DNA from: a virus
Virus record (IMG/VR): IMGVR_UViG_3300014913_000003
Span: 1 to 39,592 of that record
Length of the DNA: 39,592 nucleotides
Strand: one strand, 5' to 3'
Made by a program: the position numbers and the translations under genes. This document shows positions 1 through 9,843 of the stretch, one piece after another (the first letter of the stretch is position 1; each line of letters starts with the position of its first letter). A model generated the notes under the pieces. The model ran no database searches. It had not been told where the DNA came from and worked only from the letters and a program-made list of their open reading frames with translations.

Positions 1-123
1 AATATGGTGACTTCACCCAAGTTTCAGATGTTTTGACATACCAATCAGCAGACAAAGTGCTTATGGAAGCAGCAGAAATCTTGGGAGACCAAGCAGCAGA
101 TACTCTCGATGAATTAACACGAG
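1..123. repeat. Terminal/assembly overlap: 1-123 identical to 39470-39592, implying a circular or terminally redundant genome of 39469 bp
   Basis: Both ends compared base by base: 123/123 identical. Confidence 0.95.
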
Positions 124-713
124 ACATTCTTGCGGCAGGTACTTCTGTTTTCTACGGAGGAACAGCAGTTTCTCGTGTGACAGTTGCAGCAGGTGACAAT
201 ATTACGCTCACTATGGTGCAAAAAGCCGTTCGACTTTTGACAAACAATAAGTCACGGAAAATCACAAAAATGGTTAACGCTACTACTGGGATTGGGACAA
301 CTCCGTTGCAACAATCTTACATCGGTATTTGTGACCCATATACTGCGATGGACTTGAAAAATCTTTCAGGGTTTGTGCCAATTGAAAAATACGCTTCTAC
401 TACAACTGTAATGGAAGGTGAAATTGGGAAACTTGATGAGGTTCGATTCATTCAAACTCCAAACTCAAAGGTGTTCGCAGGAGCGGGTGCAGCAGCTATT
501 GACGTTCACGCGACAATCATCATTGCAGCAAATGCATACGGAGTGACTCGTATTTCAGGACAAGCGATGAAAAACATCGTGAAACCTCTCGGTTCAGGAG
601 GAACAACTGACCCACTAGACCAACGAGCAACTTCTGGATGGAAGGCTACATTCGTTGCGAAAATCCTAAATGACGACTTCATGACTCGACTAGAGCACGC
701 AGTTTCAAGCTAG
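1..713 (+). CDS. Major capsid protein, C-terminal part (HK97-fold type). The 5' part is at 39178-39469 across the junction; joined product is 334 aa
   Basis: Frame is open from base 3 and in phase with the ATG-39178 ORF through the overlap. Motif QYGDFTQVSDV...AAEILGDQAADTLDELTRDILAAGT resembles N4/P22-type HK97-fold capsids. Lies directly after a scaffold-like gene. Confidence 0.8.
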   Translation, partial: YGDFTQVSDVLTYQSADKVLMEAAEILGDQAADTLDELTRDILAAGTSVFYGGTAVSRVTVAAGDNITLTMVQKAVRLLTNNKSRKITKMVNATTGIGTTPLQQSYIGICDPYTAMDLKNLSGFVPIEKYASTTTVMEGEIGKLDEVRFIQTPNSKVFAGAGAAAIDVHATIIIAANAYGVTRISGQAMKNIVKPLGSGGTTDPLDQRATSGWKATFVAKILNDDFMTRLEHAVSS

Positions 714-741
714 GATGTTCCTATCTTTTAAACCCTAAAAA

Positions 742-1290
742 ATGACTGCAAAAATGAAAGTTTCTGACGACCTATTGCGAGAGTATAAAACTCTCAACCC
801 TACAGGAAAAGGAGTTCCACCAAACAAGCTCAGAGATGAGGCTTGGGTGACGGAACGAATAGGGGCTTTCAAACTTTTAAATGGGGAGCTTGCCACACCG
901 GCAAGCCCTCAGGCAGAAGAAAAGCCAGCGGAAACAAAAGAAGAGCCGAAATATGTCCCAACAGTTCAATTGCCGACAGCTACATTGAAAGGAGAAAAAC
1001 CGGAATCTGTAGACCAAGTAATGACGAAGGACATGAAGGCAACAAAGAAAGCCCTTGACGATTCGCCACGAGTCATGTTTATGATTCCAAAGGCAGAATG
1101 GGAAGAGGTTGGAGTGTACGAGACTGTTACTATTAATGGCTACCGGATGGTAATCAAAAAAGGAGTAATGGTTGAGCTCCCACGGCCTGTGTTCGACATC
1201 CTTGCAAACAAGTACAATGTTGAAATGAGCGCCGGGATGGGGAATCGATTGGATGTAAATCCAGACAAAGACCCAAGCTTAGCAAAATAA
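742..1290 (+). CDS. Hypothetical head-associated protein (182 aa)
   Basis: Long + strand ORF immediately after the capsid gene, with a Pro/Glu/Lys-rich linker; no motif recognised. Confidence 0.6.
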   Translation: MTAKMKVSDDLLREYKTLNPTGKGVPPNKLRDEAWVTERIGAFKLLNGELATPASPQAEEKPAETKEEPKYVPTVQLPTATLKGEKPESVDQVMTKDMKATKKALDDSPRVMFMIPKAEWEEVGVYETVTINGYRMVIKKGVMVELPRPVFDILANKYNVEMSAGMGNRLDVNPDKDPSLAK

Positions 1291-1325
1291 GAAAACCAAA
1301 ACAACCGCAAAAATAAACTCTCTCG

Positions 1326-2027
1326 ATGAAATTCAAAGACTTCGCCTCCGTTATAAGAAACTCAACTCTTACTAGCTCTTCAACCTTTACGGATGAGGAA
1401 ATATTGAGACTTGCGAACATGTACAAAGACACCTTCTCGCAGCAAATTGCTGAAACAGATGAGGGAGTTTTTGGTATGCCGTTCGTAACGAGCCTTGTGG
1501 CAGACCAGCGGGAATACGAACTCCCGGACGAAGTTATTAAAATCGAAAGAGTAGAAGCTATTGTCGATGGAGAAGACCAAAAGAAGTACACATCTTTGGA
1601 TGTCGCTTCTTTGAATTTTGAGCTAACGGAAACAAAGATTACAGAAATGTTTAAAGAAAAATATTTTTATAGCTTTTTTCGGAAGGCTCTTTTTCTCTAT
1701 ACTGGCGAATCTGTTATTGATGTTGTGGATGGATTGCTTTTGCGGGCTATAATTTGGCCCCAAGACTTCACAGACCTAGAGTCTGAGGTTGACATGTCGG
1801 TTCGTCCGAACGTAAACCAGAATGGATTCCCAAGGCAGTTCCACGAGCTTTTGGCGCGGAGAGTGATAATTCATCACAAACAAAACAGAGACAGGCCTGT
1901 GCCGCTTACAGACACAGAGCAGAGCTTTGAGTTTGATTTCCGAAAGGCGCTAGATGCGCTGCGTGGGACAGACGACAATCGAGAGGTCATTCCAGTAATT
2001 CCATATAATGACGGCTCTAATTACTAA
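1326..2027 (+). CDS. Hypothetical structural protein (233 aa), possibly head-tail adaptor by position
   Basis: ORF in the structural operon; position only. Confidence 0.55.
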   Translation: MKFKDFASVIRNSTLTSSSTFTDEEILRLANMYKDTFSQQIAETDEGVFGMPFVTSLVADQREYELPDEVIKIERVEAIVDGEDQKKYTSLDVASLNFELTETKITEMFKEKYFYSFFRKALFLYTGESVIDVVDGLLLRAIIWPQDFTDLESEVDMSVRPNVNQNGFPRQFHELLARRVIIHHKQNRDRPVPLTDTEQSFEFDFRKALDALRGTDDNREVIPVIPYNDGSNY

Positions 2028-2043
2028 TTATTAATTCTTACGA

Positions 2044-2331
2044 ATGGAAATCCGAATAAACAAAATCGAGAAATTTCACATTCAGGTGGAGAATAAAGAT
2101 GTGCAAGACGTTCACTATGCCATATGGAATGGCGATGAGAAACTGGCTTCACGGAGAGAGAATTTTCCACTTGACGCTGACGAGACAACAATTAAAGAAA
2201 AATTGTTGGCCGCAGTAAAGGCTTTTGATGGGGAGGTGAAACAATCTGCGGAAGAGGCAGAGAAAGAAAAAGCCGAATCCGTCACAAAGAAAAATGCCGA
2301 AAAGCTTGTAGGCAAAAAATTAAAAGCTTAA
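2044..2331 (+). CDS. Hypothetical protein (95 aa), Lys/Glu-rich C-terminus
   Basis: ORF in the operon; no motif. Confidence 0.5.
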   Translation: MEIRINKIEKFHIQVENKDVQDVHYAIWNGDEKLASRRENFPLDADETTIKEKLLAAVKAFDGEVKQSAEEAEKEKAESVTKKNAEKLVGKKLKA

Positions 2332-2352
2332 TTATCTACTAACCAAATAAAG

Positions 2353-2988
2353 ATGAATTCATCACAAGCAAAAGTTGGTACACATGACAACGTGTCATGC
2401 GCCAAGGGGAAAGCCCTCCGGGGGAAATTCCGAATTCCGCACAATGTTTCGTATTCATTGCGAGACAAGGCGGGGAAAATCAAGCCCCTATTCGTAGCCA
2501 ACTCAAAAGGATTGGCATATCTAGCTAAAAACAAAATAGCCGACCTAACAAAGCTTCCTAAAGAAATTATGGAAGGACTCGGGCGCTATCAAGACAGCAT
2601 GGCAATTTCAAACCTAATCACGAATGCGGGTTTCGCAGGAGTTGCGTCTAGGATTAATGGTTCGGGAGCAGAGGCGGCATTTACATACATGGCCCTCGGG
2701 ACAGGGACTACGGCCGCGAACGTAGCCGACACAACCCTCGAGACAGAATCTACGACAGGAGGTGCGGCGCGAGCATCTGCGACAGTTTCACGAGTAACAA
2801 CGGATGTTACAAACGATACAGCGCAGCTCGTAAACACATTCTCTTTTACTGCGAGTTTTGCACTAACAGAGTCTGGGGTGCTAAATGCAGCATCGGCGGG
2901 GACATTACTTGCTCGACAAGTATTTTCTGCGATTAATGTGGCATCAGGAGATTCGCTCCAAGTTACATGGAAATTCGATTGCGACTAA
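2353..2988 (+). CDS. Tail-collar-fibre-like protein (211 aa)
   Basis: ITNAGFAGVASRI...YMALGTGTTAANVADTTLETE...LTESGVLNAASAGTLLARQVF...GDSLQVTWKF resembles the N-terminal tail-collar fibre domain of P2 gpH-type fibres (DUF3751-like), judged from memory. Confidence 0.5.
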   Translation: MNSSQAKVGTHDNVSCAKGKALRGKFRIPHNVSYSLRDKAGKIKPLFVANSKGLAYLAKNKIADLTKLPKEIMEGLGRYQDSMAISNLITNAGFAGVASRINGSGAEAAFTYMALGTGTTAANVADTTLETESTTGGAARASATVSRVTTDVTNDTAQLVNTFSFTASFALTESGVLNAASAGTLLARQVFSAINVASGDSLQVTWKFDCD

Positions 2989-3024
2989 CACATTGATTCC
3001 AAAATTTAAACAACCGCAAATAAA

Positions 3025-3717
3025 ATGAAAGAAAATAAAATCGTTATCGGTATTCCAAACGGAAGTGGGCTAATCCCGCACGAAACAGTATCAGCACTAT
3101 TGCAGCTCAGAAAAACTTGTCCGACAATGTTCCAAACCGTCGTAAGACAGCGAACCGACAAGGCGCGCAATTATATCATAAAAATGGCACTAGAATCTGG
3201 GGCAACACACGTTCTGTTTGTAGATGATGACAATCCTCCACCGGTAGACACGATTGAAAAATTCTTAGAAGACGATAAAGACATTGTCTGTTCTCCAATC
3301 CCCACGAGAAACCCAAATAAGCACGGATTCCACGACCTCTGTATATTTAAAGCGGCAGAAGTGAAGGAGGGGGCTGGGAAGGGGATGAAGATGTATGAAA
3401 ATATAAACAAAATTGATTCTACGAAAGGACATCTGCAAAAAGTAGATGGATGCGGAATGGGATGCACGATGGTAAAGAGAGAAGTCTTGGAAAAGCTCTG
3501 GAAAAAATACGAAGGACAACCGTTTGAATACGGAGACACCACATACACCACAGACCCCAAAAAACTCAATGTACAACGACGAACCATGAGCGAAGACATG
3601 GAATTCATTGAAAGGGCGACAGAAGAAGGTTTTGAGGTTTGGTGTGACACGAGAGTAAGAGCTCCGCATATTGGCTCTCCGCGTATATTCCAATTTAATG
3701 ATTCATATATAGAATAA
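3025..3717 (+). CDS. Glycosyltransferase, GT2-like (230 aa)
   Basis: VLFVDDDNPPP (DxD motif), GCGMGCTMVKREVLEKL and SEDMEFIERATEEGFEVW are typical of family-2 glycosyltransferases. Confidence 0.6.
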   Translation: MKENKIVIGIPNGSGLIPHETVSALLQLRKTCPTMFQTVVRQRTDKARNYIIKMALESGATHVLFVDDDNPPPVDTIEKFLEDDKDIVCSPIPTRNPNKHGFHDLCIFKAAEVKEGAGKGMKMYENINKIDSTKGHLQKVDGCGMGCTMVKREVLEKLWKKYEGQPFEYGDTTYTTDPKKLNVQRRTMSEDMEFIERATEEGFEVWCDTRVRAPHIGSPRIFQFNDSYIE

Positions 3718-5529
3718 ATGGCACAATACGACCTAACGACAGCGGGTTCACAGCTTGAGTTTGATACACAAAATAATCTATACAATGCTTGTTGTAATAT
3801 TGATGAGAATCATTTTGTAAATTTTTGGCAAGGTGTTGACGGAGATGGTTTTGGTCAAATGTTTGAAATTAACACCTCAACATTTGCAATCTCAACGGTT
3901 GGAGCTTCTTATGAGTTTGACTCAGACAACGCTGCGTATTTGTCCCTTGTGGCGATTGACTCGAGTCATGTTCTCGCCTTCTGGGACAATAATGTGGCGC
4001 TCGCCGGCTATGCACAGGCCTTTATTGCCAGTACGTCTGCCGGGGTTGGTGGAGTTGGTGGGTCGGCGAAGCTAGAGGTAGATTCCGACCGAGGGAAATA
4101 CTCAACAATGTGTCAGATTGACACCAATCATTTTATCGCATTTTATCAAGGGGCAAGTACAACGATTGGCCGGGCAAGGACGCTAACAGTAAGCACCTCT
4201 ACCTTTATTGTGACAAACGCGGCAGCAGCATTTGCGTTTGACGCAACAGATGCTACGTCGAACAGTTGTTGTAAGCTTGACGACAATCATGTTGTAAATT
4301 TTTGGGCTGAATCAAATAAGGCGAAGGCACAAGTTTTTGAAATAAACACTTCCACATGGGCGATTTCAACGGCGGGGGCGCAATTAAACAACTATTCAAC
4401 GCAACAAGCCGCCTATGGGGGGACTTGTTTCCAAGTAGACGAAAATCATTTTCTACACGCATGGAGTGGGGATGGGAATGACGGATTCGCACAAGTTTTT
4501 GAAGTAAACACTTCCACATGGGCGATTTCAACGGCGGGGGCCGCGTTTGAGTTTGACACGCAAATAGCGATTGAGCCGGCTGCACAAAAAATAGACGCAA
4601 ACCATTTTATTCTGTTTTGGCGAGGAGGAGCGTCAAGCCACGGACTTTCGAGAACATTTGAAATAAACACTTCCACATGGGCGATTTCAGAGAAAAGCAG
4701 TCTTTTGAGTTTTTACACAGAAAGTTCTACAAGGTATAATTGTTGTGTAAGGTTGGACACGGCCAATTATGTGAATTTTTGGCAGGGCCTTGGGGTAGAT
4801 GGATTTGCTCAGGCGTTTTCAGTAGAAGTGGGGACGCTTTACACAAAGATTCTTACGGAGGTCGCTACAATTGTCGGCTCTGTCGCGCCACAGGCAAACA
4901 AAAAACTCACAGAGGCGGTAGTTATCGCAGATGTAAACAATTACGACAGAAGCGCGGCTTTTTCGGACGCGATTGTTGTAGAAGATTCGATACAAAAATC
5001 GCCAATAAAAGAGATTCCAGAAACAATCGGGATTTCTGCCGGGATGGAAACGGCTTCTGTGTTTTTGCACGAGTGTTTAGAGGCCTCGGTAATCGTTGAT
5101 ACGTTTTCCACCGCCTCCATTCCCACACATGTGATGACAGAATCGGTTTCAATTAATGACATACGAGAGATGTTTTTGTCGGGGAGGGAATTGGCAGAAA
5201 GCGCCACAACAACCGATGCCATTTCTACGGAAAGAAGCCGGGTGCTGTCTGACGCAATTGTAATTACAGGGGCTGTTGAGTCGGGATTTTATGTCGAATT
5301 CCCGGAAAGCGTAAGCGTTTCGGATATTTCCGAACAAGAAAGACAGCTTATTTTAAATGAAATAATTTCAGTACAAGATACAGGCTCCTTTCTTAATACG
5401 CTTATAAACCTTGAAACGGTCACTCTTAGTGAGGACTTACAAAGCATCAAGGACGGAATCACCGTTGGAGTATGGGCCAGAACCCCTACAACCGAAGGAG
5501 TATGGACAAGAAAAAGTTACCCACTATAA
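3718..5529 (+). CDS. Tail fibre / receptor-binding candidate: N-terminal 7-repeat propeller-like domain plus C-terminal short-repeat region (603 aa)
   Basis: Seven units of about 53 aa with core [IVL]D.NHF..FW.G...G.AQ.FE[IV]NTSTWAISTAG. The C-terminus carries about 8 short units of the form S[DE][AS][IV].[IV].D. The ATG abuts the GT2 stop (TAAATG). Confidence 0.6.
   Translation: MAQYDLTTAGSQLEFDTQNNLYNACCNIDENHFVNFWQGVDGDGFGQMFEINTSTFAISTVGASYEFDSDNAAYLSLVAIDSSHVLAFWDNNVALAGYAQAFIASTSAGVGGVGGSAKLEVDSDRGKYSTMCQIDTNHFIAFYQGASTTIGRARTLTVSTSTFIVTNAAAAFAFDATDATSNSCCKLDDNHVVNFWAESNKAKAQVFEINTSTWAISTAGAQLNNYSTQQAAYGGTCFQVDENHFLHAWSGDGNDGFAQVFEVNTSTWAISTAGAAFEFDTQIAIEPAAQKIDANHFILFWRGGASSHGLSRTFEINTSTWAISEKSSLLSFYTESSTRYNCCVRLDTANYVNFWQGLGVDGFAQAFSVEVGTLYTKILTEVATIVGSVAPQANKKLTEAVVIADVNNYDRSAAFSDAIVVEDSIQKSPIKEIPETIGISAGMETASVFLHECLEASVIVDTFSTASIPTHVMTESVSINDIREMFLSGRELAESATTTDAISTERSRVLSDAIVITGAVESGFYVEFPESVSVSDISEQERQLILNEIISVQDTGSFLNTLINLETVTLSEDLQSIKDGITVGVWARTPTTEGVWTRKSYPL
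4328..4689 (+). repeat. Near-identical intragenic DNA repeats (period 162/159 bp) encoding FE(I/V)NTSTWAISTAG
   Basis: TTTGAA(A/G)TAAACACTTCCACATGGGCGATTTCA occurs at about 4337, 4498 and 4657; the first two copies extend to ...ACGGCGGGGG. Confidence 0.9.
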
Positions 5530-5530
5530 A

Positions 5531-5983
5531 ATGCACGTTGAAAAAACACTCTCGGCAGCGACATCCGCAGTAGAATCCTTGTTAGTAAAACAACCGATAG
5601 CGAAGGCTATGACTGGCATGTTTGGATTCTTATTTGTTTCGTATCGTGCAGAGCTAATGTTGATTTGCGTGGTATTCCTTGTTGATTTAATAACTGGTGT
5701 AGCTGCGGCAATAAGGGCAGGGGAGTTCCAGAGTGCGAAATTTTTCAAAGGGTGTACAAAGCTGATTGTGTATGCAGTATTTATCTTGCTTGCGGTTGGG
5801 ACGGATTTCACGGTAAGTCATCACATCCTCGGAATGGATGTATCTACTCGTATATTTTTGTCAGTCACGTTTTCCTTTATAATTTTGACAGATGTTTTTT
5901 CCGTATTTGAAAACCTAGAAAAGCTGGGGTATTCAACTCCGAGAAAAACATTTAGAAAGATGGTTCTTAATCTCAAGAAATAA
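5531..5983 (+). CDS. Holin, Phage_holin_4_1-like (150 aa)
   Basis: FLVDLITGVAAAIRAGEFQSAKFFKGCTKL and DVFSVFENLEKLGYSTP match the TcdE / toxin-secretion holin family pattern; multiple TM segments. ATG 5531 follows the upstream stop. Confidence 0.75.
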   Translation: MHVEKTLSAATSAVESLLVKQPIAKAMTGMFGFLFVSYRAELMLICVVFLVDLITGVAAAIRAGEFQSAKFFKGCTKLIVYAVFILLAVGTDFTVSHHILGMDVSTRIFLSVTFSFIILTDVFSVFENLEKLGYSTPRKTFRKMVLNLKK

Positions 5984-7404
5984 TGTCAGCAAATCAGATT
6001 GTAATCGAAGGAATAAACCTTGGCGGGCTTGCCGACAGCAAGTATCAGGGGGCGAAGAATTCTGTGGCAGCAATGCGGAACTTAGATGTTCACACGGAAA
6101 ACGGAGTGATTCAGCTTAGCAGGGGGCTTACAAACAAGGCGACAGGGGCGGTTGCTCACTCAGGAGACTTTACCGCAATTGTTTCAGATAGCGAGGGGGT
6201 GACATGGTTTTTCGATGATGATGGGAAGGTCGTAAAACGGTCTGGTGCGGGGGTGTATTCAACTGTTGACGATATTTCCCCAGACGATGGTGACGCAGGG
6301 GTTTCCGATGCGTGCCAGTTTGGGAATTATATTTATTATGTGACAGAAAAGCGGATTGGGAGGTTTGACGTACAGGCGCTTGGAGCGGGGTATGCCACAA
6401 AGGACGACGATTGGGGGATTCTCGCAGATTCTGCGCTAAATCGTTCGTTGGTAGAAGTGAATGAAATTTTATATATTTCTGGGGGGCGGTTTTTGAGTCA
6501 GGTGGAGTCGGGAACCCTCACGAACACAATATTGTCATTCCCTGTCGGTTGGGACATCTCTGCTATTGGAAAGTATGGGACAGACCTTTTGATTGGAATG
6601 AATTTAGAGGGGAACGTAGACCAAGCGAGAATAGTGAGATGGAACACTTGGAGTGCGGACAATTCGTTCACAAACGATGATTTGATAGAAGAGTCTCATG
6701 TTTCAGGGTTTTTACAGCTTGGAAATAACATTCTTGTTTCGGCAGGGATTCGTGGGAACTTGTATTATTATAACGGTGCGGTGCTAGAACCTTTCAAGAA
6801 AATACCAAACACAGGCGATTTTGATTCACAGGCAGAAATGTGGAAAAATGCTTCCGTAGAATTTATGGGGCAATTATACTTCGGCATGTCAAAGGTGAGT
6901 GGGAACGATATTCCACAAGGGGTATATTCATACGGTTCTCATTCTTCTGGCTACCCGCTAGTGCTCACAATGCCACATAAAATTTCCACAGGAAACGACG
7001 AAAATGTTTTTGTTACCGCAATGGCGAGACAGGGCGCCACGCTGTTCGTGGCATGGAGAGATGAAAACGACGGTACTGTGCGAGGAATAGACGAAATGAC
7101 CACGACACGACACACAGAGGGGTATTTTGAGACACGAGTTATAAATGTTGCAAGAAATGCGACAAAAGATTTTCTGCTAGAGGTTTTTTATAGAGAAATT
7201 TCGACAGGGGGAGATATTGAAATTTGGGTTAGCAAGGACTCTGGGGACTTTGAGCAAATGGAAACGAGGAATGACGACCAACGAAACACCGTCATTACAA
7301 CTGCAAAAACAGGGGAATGCTCTACAATACAGGTGCGGGTAGTGCTAAAAAGTATAAACCAATTTTCCCCCATAGTAGAATCTCTTAGACTTTCTTTTAG
7401 TTGA
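5983..7404 (+). CDS. Hypothetical tail/baseplate protein (473 aa)
   Basis: Long ORF; TAATG overlap with the holin stop; no motif recognised. Confidence 0.6.
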   Translation: MSANQIVIEGINLGGLADSKYQGAKNSVAAMRNLDVHTENGVIQLSRGLTNKATGAVAHSGDFTAIVSDSEGVTWFFDDDGKVVKRSGAGVYSTVDDISPDDGDAGVSDACQFGNYIYYVTEKRIGRFDVQALGAGYATKDDDWGILADSALNRSLVEVNEILYISGGRFLSQVESGTLTNTILSFPVGWDISAIGKYGTDLLIGMNLEGNVDQARIVRWNTWSADNSFTNDDLIEESHVSGFLQLGNNILVSAGIRGNLYYYNGAVLEPFKKIPNTGDFDSQAEMWKNASVEFMGQLYFGMSKVSGNDIPQGVYSYGSHSSGYPLVLTMPHKISTGNDENVFVTAMARQGATLFVAWRDENDGTVRGIDEMTTTRHTEGYFETRVINVARNATKDFLLEVFYREISTGGDIEIWVSKDSGDFEQMETRNDDQRNTVITTAKTGECSTIQVRVVLKSINQFSPIVESLRLSFS

Positions 7405-7922
7405 TGAAAAAAATAAAACACGAACCACAGGATATAAATTCTCCGGCAATGCCAGAGGATATATTCAGCTCCAAAGAATCGAGCGTTTTAAAGCCGGTGG
7501 ATGGGCAGCAGGACGTTCCGAACCCGAAACAGCCCGAGGTTGTATTCAATCCTAAAATCCAACATAACGTAAAAGAGTTGCAGGTTGGGAGCGGGACAAG
7601 CGCGTTCTGGGCGACAAAAAAAGGGGGGTTACAATACCCCGCAAGAACAATAACTGACGACATAACAATGTTCCCAAACGAGAATGTTGTATTCGCGGAT
7701 GCGGCTTCCGACCCAATTTCTACAACACTTCCTGTCGGACTGCACGGAAAAGAGGTTGTGGTAAAAAAAATAGACAGCTCCGCGAACCCTGTAACAATAT
7801 ACGGAGTTGGCACCGCTACCATAGACGGAGCGACTTCCGTTGTTTTGTCTACACAGTATTCTGGCAAAAGAATGATTTTTGATTCAGTAAGTGGGGGCTG
7901 GTTTGTTGTAGGTTCTTTCTAA
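7401..7922 (+). CDS. Hypothetical tail protein (173 aa)
   Basis: ATGA overlap with the upstream gene. The C-terminal VVVKKIDSSANPVTIYG..ATIDGATSVVL...GGWFVV resembles small beta-sandwich domains seen in tail-fibre proteins. Confidence 0.5.
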   Translation: MMKKIKHEPQDINSPAMPEDIFSSKESSVLKPVDGQQDVPNPKQPEVVFNPKIQHNVKELQVGSGTSAFWATKKGGLQYPARTITDDITMFPNENVVFADAASDPISTTLPVGLHGKEVVVKKIDSSANPVTIYGVGTATIDGATSVVLSTQYSGKRMIFDSVSGGWFVVGSF

Positions 7923-7941
7923 TTCTGTTATAAATTAAAAA

Positions 7942-9840
7942 ATGGCAAATACATATCGCGGTGGCGGCACAAACAAAACGGCAGGAACTATCAAAAAAGA
8001 TGTTCCGACCAGAACGGACTCGCAAAGCGTTCCAACACGCAAAAGCACGGTTCCTGTTCCGCAAACAGCGACAACAACCCCTGTGGGGGTAGACATGATG
8101 CCCGGGGCTATGCAGCCGGGGGCGGCGGGACAGCCACAGCTAAATCAGGGGGCTCCGTTAAAAGCTCCTCCGACTCGTGCGGTTCCCACTACAAACCAAA
8201 AGCAGCACGAACAGGCTCGCGTTGACTTTAGGGACACCGGGCGATTCTCTGACACAAAGGAGGTGGATGCTTTCTTGAATGGAGATGCGCAAGCTCTTGG
8301 GGCTCAGGCACAAGCACCGACAACGCTAGAGGGATTCAGCCAACAAATAACAGGGCTGCTCTCTCCGGCTTCTACAAAGCCAGAGTCTTTCAATTCATAT
8401 CAGAAATATTTGGATTTAAGAGATGAATATAAGGCAGGGGATTTAGATTCTCAGGCGGCAGAATTGGGTGCTCAAATACGAGAACTCGAAGACACAACGG
8501 CAGACCGAATCCGGCAGGAGGAGGGGAAGTCTATTGCGGTCGGAGTTCAGGCGGGACGTATTTCAGAAATAGAACAACAACAAAACCTTAGAAACAGAGA
8601 GCTCACAAGAACATTACAGGTCGTGAACGACCAAAGAACGATTGCGAACAATACCGTTTCACAAATTATGGGGTATGCGCAAACAGATTACAAAAACGCG
8701 CTTGACCTATGGAACACGGAATATAACCAAAACTTACAGGCCACACAGATGGCAATGACCGCACAGCGTGACCAGAAGGCCGAAGAGCGGTGGTTTTTGG
8801 AGTTCAATCAGGCGAAAGAAGAGCGAGAAGAAGATATACAGAGAGATGTGGCAAAAGACAAGGCTGCATCGGAAAGATTTCAGCAAGAGTTCGGGCTTTC
8901 AAAAGAGAGAATACAGCTACAAAAAGACGAACAAGCGGCAATTCAAACGCGATTTGAGTCCGGACAAGACCTAGATAGGCTCAAATTAAAGTCTCAGATG
9001 GACATGCAGAGGGCAACAAACGCTCTTTCTGCGGCAAGAATCGGGGCGGCAGAAAAACAAAACGCATTTAATCAGATGATGTCTGAGCGGAGTATGCAGC
9101 TAAAAGAGCAGTCTCAGTCTGTGGCAGCAATGCAAACCGCATTCAACCTTGCGCAAGACGGACAGCTCGGGACACCTGATAAGTGGACTGACGCACAAAT
9201 CGCAAACAACGGACAACTTGAAAATAAATTAGGGGTTCCACAGGGGACTCTCGCAAATCTTTCATTGAATAACCCGGGAGACACTTGGAAAACAACTGTT
9301 ACAGACCCTGTCACCGGAGAAATTTCAGCAGTTCTGATGGGGGCCGATGGTTCAGTAAAAACAGAATCTCTTTCAGATGGGGCAATCCCAAGGAATGTAC
9401 AAGAGGCTTCAAATGCTTACGCACAGGGAGACGATTTCATTCTTGTTGAGGCGATGTATGGCACAGATGCTGCGAACCGAGGAAGCGCGCTGTATAACAA
9501 AGAATTAGCACTTTCTGCCGCAGCCAGCCTACCGGAATATTCCTCGCTAAATTCTGCCGAGAAAGAAAAGTTCAACACAGAGATGGGGGCGTTGTATGAC
9601 GCAGAAATGGCGAAGCAACCGGCCTCAGACTCTTCGCAATTTTTACCGGGAGGGATTGGGGAGACGTTTTCTGTTGCGATGCAAAATCGACTTGACCCGA
9701 CATCACAAATTTCAGGAGGAATGGAGGAGCGGGCAGCACAATCAGGGCCGTCTGGTGCAGACACTTGGACGCGCCTTGGCTACACAAAGGCAATGTGGGA
9801 CTCTCTTTCCCCAGAAGAACAAGATTACTTAAAAAGCTAA
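7942..9840 (+). CDS. Coiled-coil, Gln-rich virion protein (632 aa); internal/ejection or tape-measure-like
   Basis: Long helical Q/E/K-rich stretches; precedes the giant protein. Confidence 0.55.
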   Translation: MANTYRGGGTNKTAGTIKKDVPTRTDSQSVPTRKSTVPVPQTATTTPVGVDMMPGAMQPGAAGQPQLNQGAPLKAPPTRAVPTTNQKQHEQARVDFRDTGRFSDTKEVDAFLNGDAQALGAQAQAPTTLEGFSQQITGLLSPASTKPESFNSYQKYLDLRDEYKAGDLDSQAAELGAQIRELEDTTADRIRQEEGKSIAVGVQAGRISEIEQQQNLRNRELTRTLQVVNDQRTIANNTVSQIMGYAQTDYKNALDLWNTEYNQNLQATQMAMTAQRDQKAEERWFLEFNQAKEEREEDIQRDVAKDKAASERFQQEFGLSKERIQLQKDEQAAIQTRFESGQDLDRLKLKSQMDMQRATNALSAARIGAAEKQNAFNQMMSERSMQLKEQSQSVAAMQTAFNLAQDGQLGTPDKWTDAQIANNGQLENKLGVPQGTLANLSLNNPGDTWKTTVTDPVTGEISAVLMGADGSVKTESLSDGAIPRNVQEASNAYAQGDDFILVEAMYGTDAANRGSALYNKELALSAAASLPEYSSLNSAEKEKFNTEMGALYDAEMAKQPASDSSQFLPGGIGETFSVAMQNRLDPTSQISGGMEERAAQSGPSGADTWTRLGYTKAMWDSLSPEEQDYLKS

Positions 9841-9843
9841 AAA

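Noticed and set aside
4328-4689. Diversity-generating retroelement or CRISPR-like array as an explanation for the near-identical repeats
   Set aside because: The repeats are in-frame protein repeats inside one gene. There is no reverse transcriptase, no template repeat outside the gene, no adenine-specific mismatch pattern and no spacer-repeat architecture.
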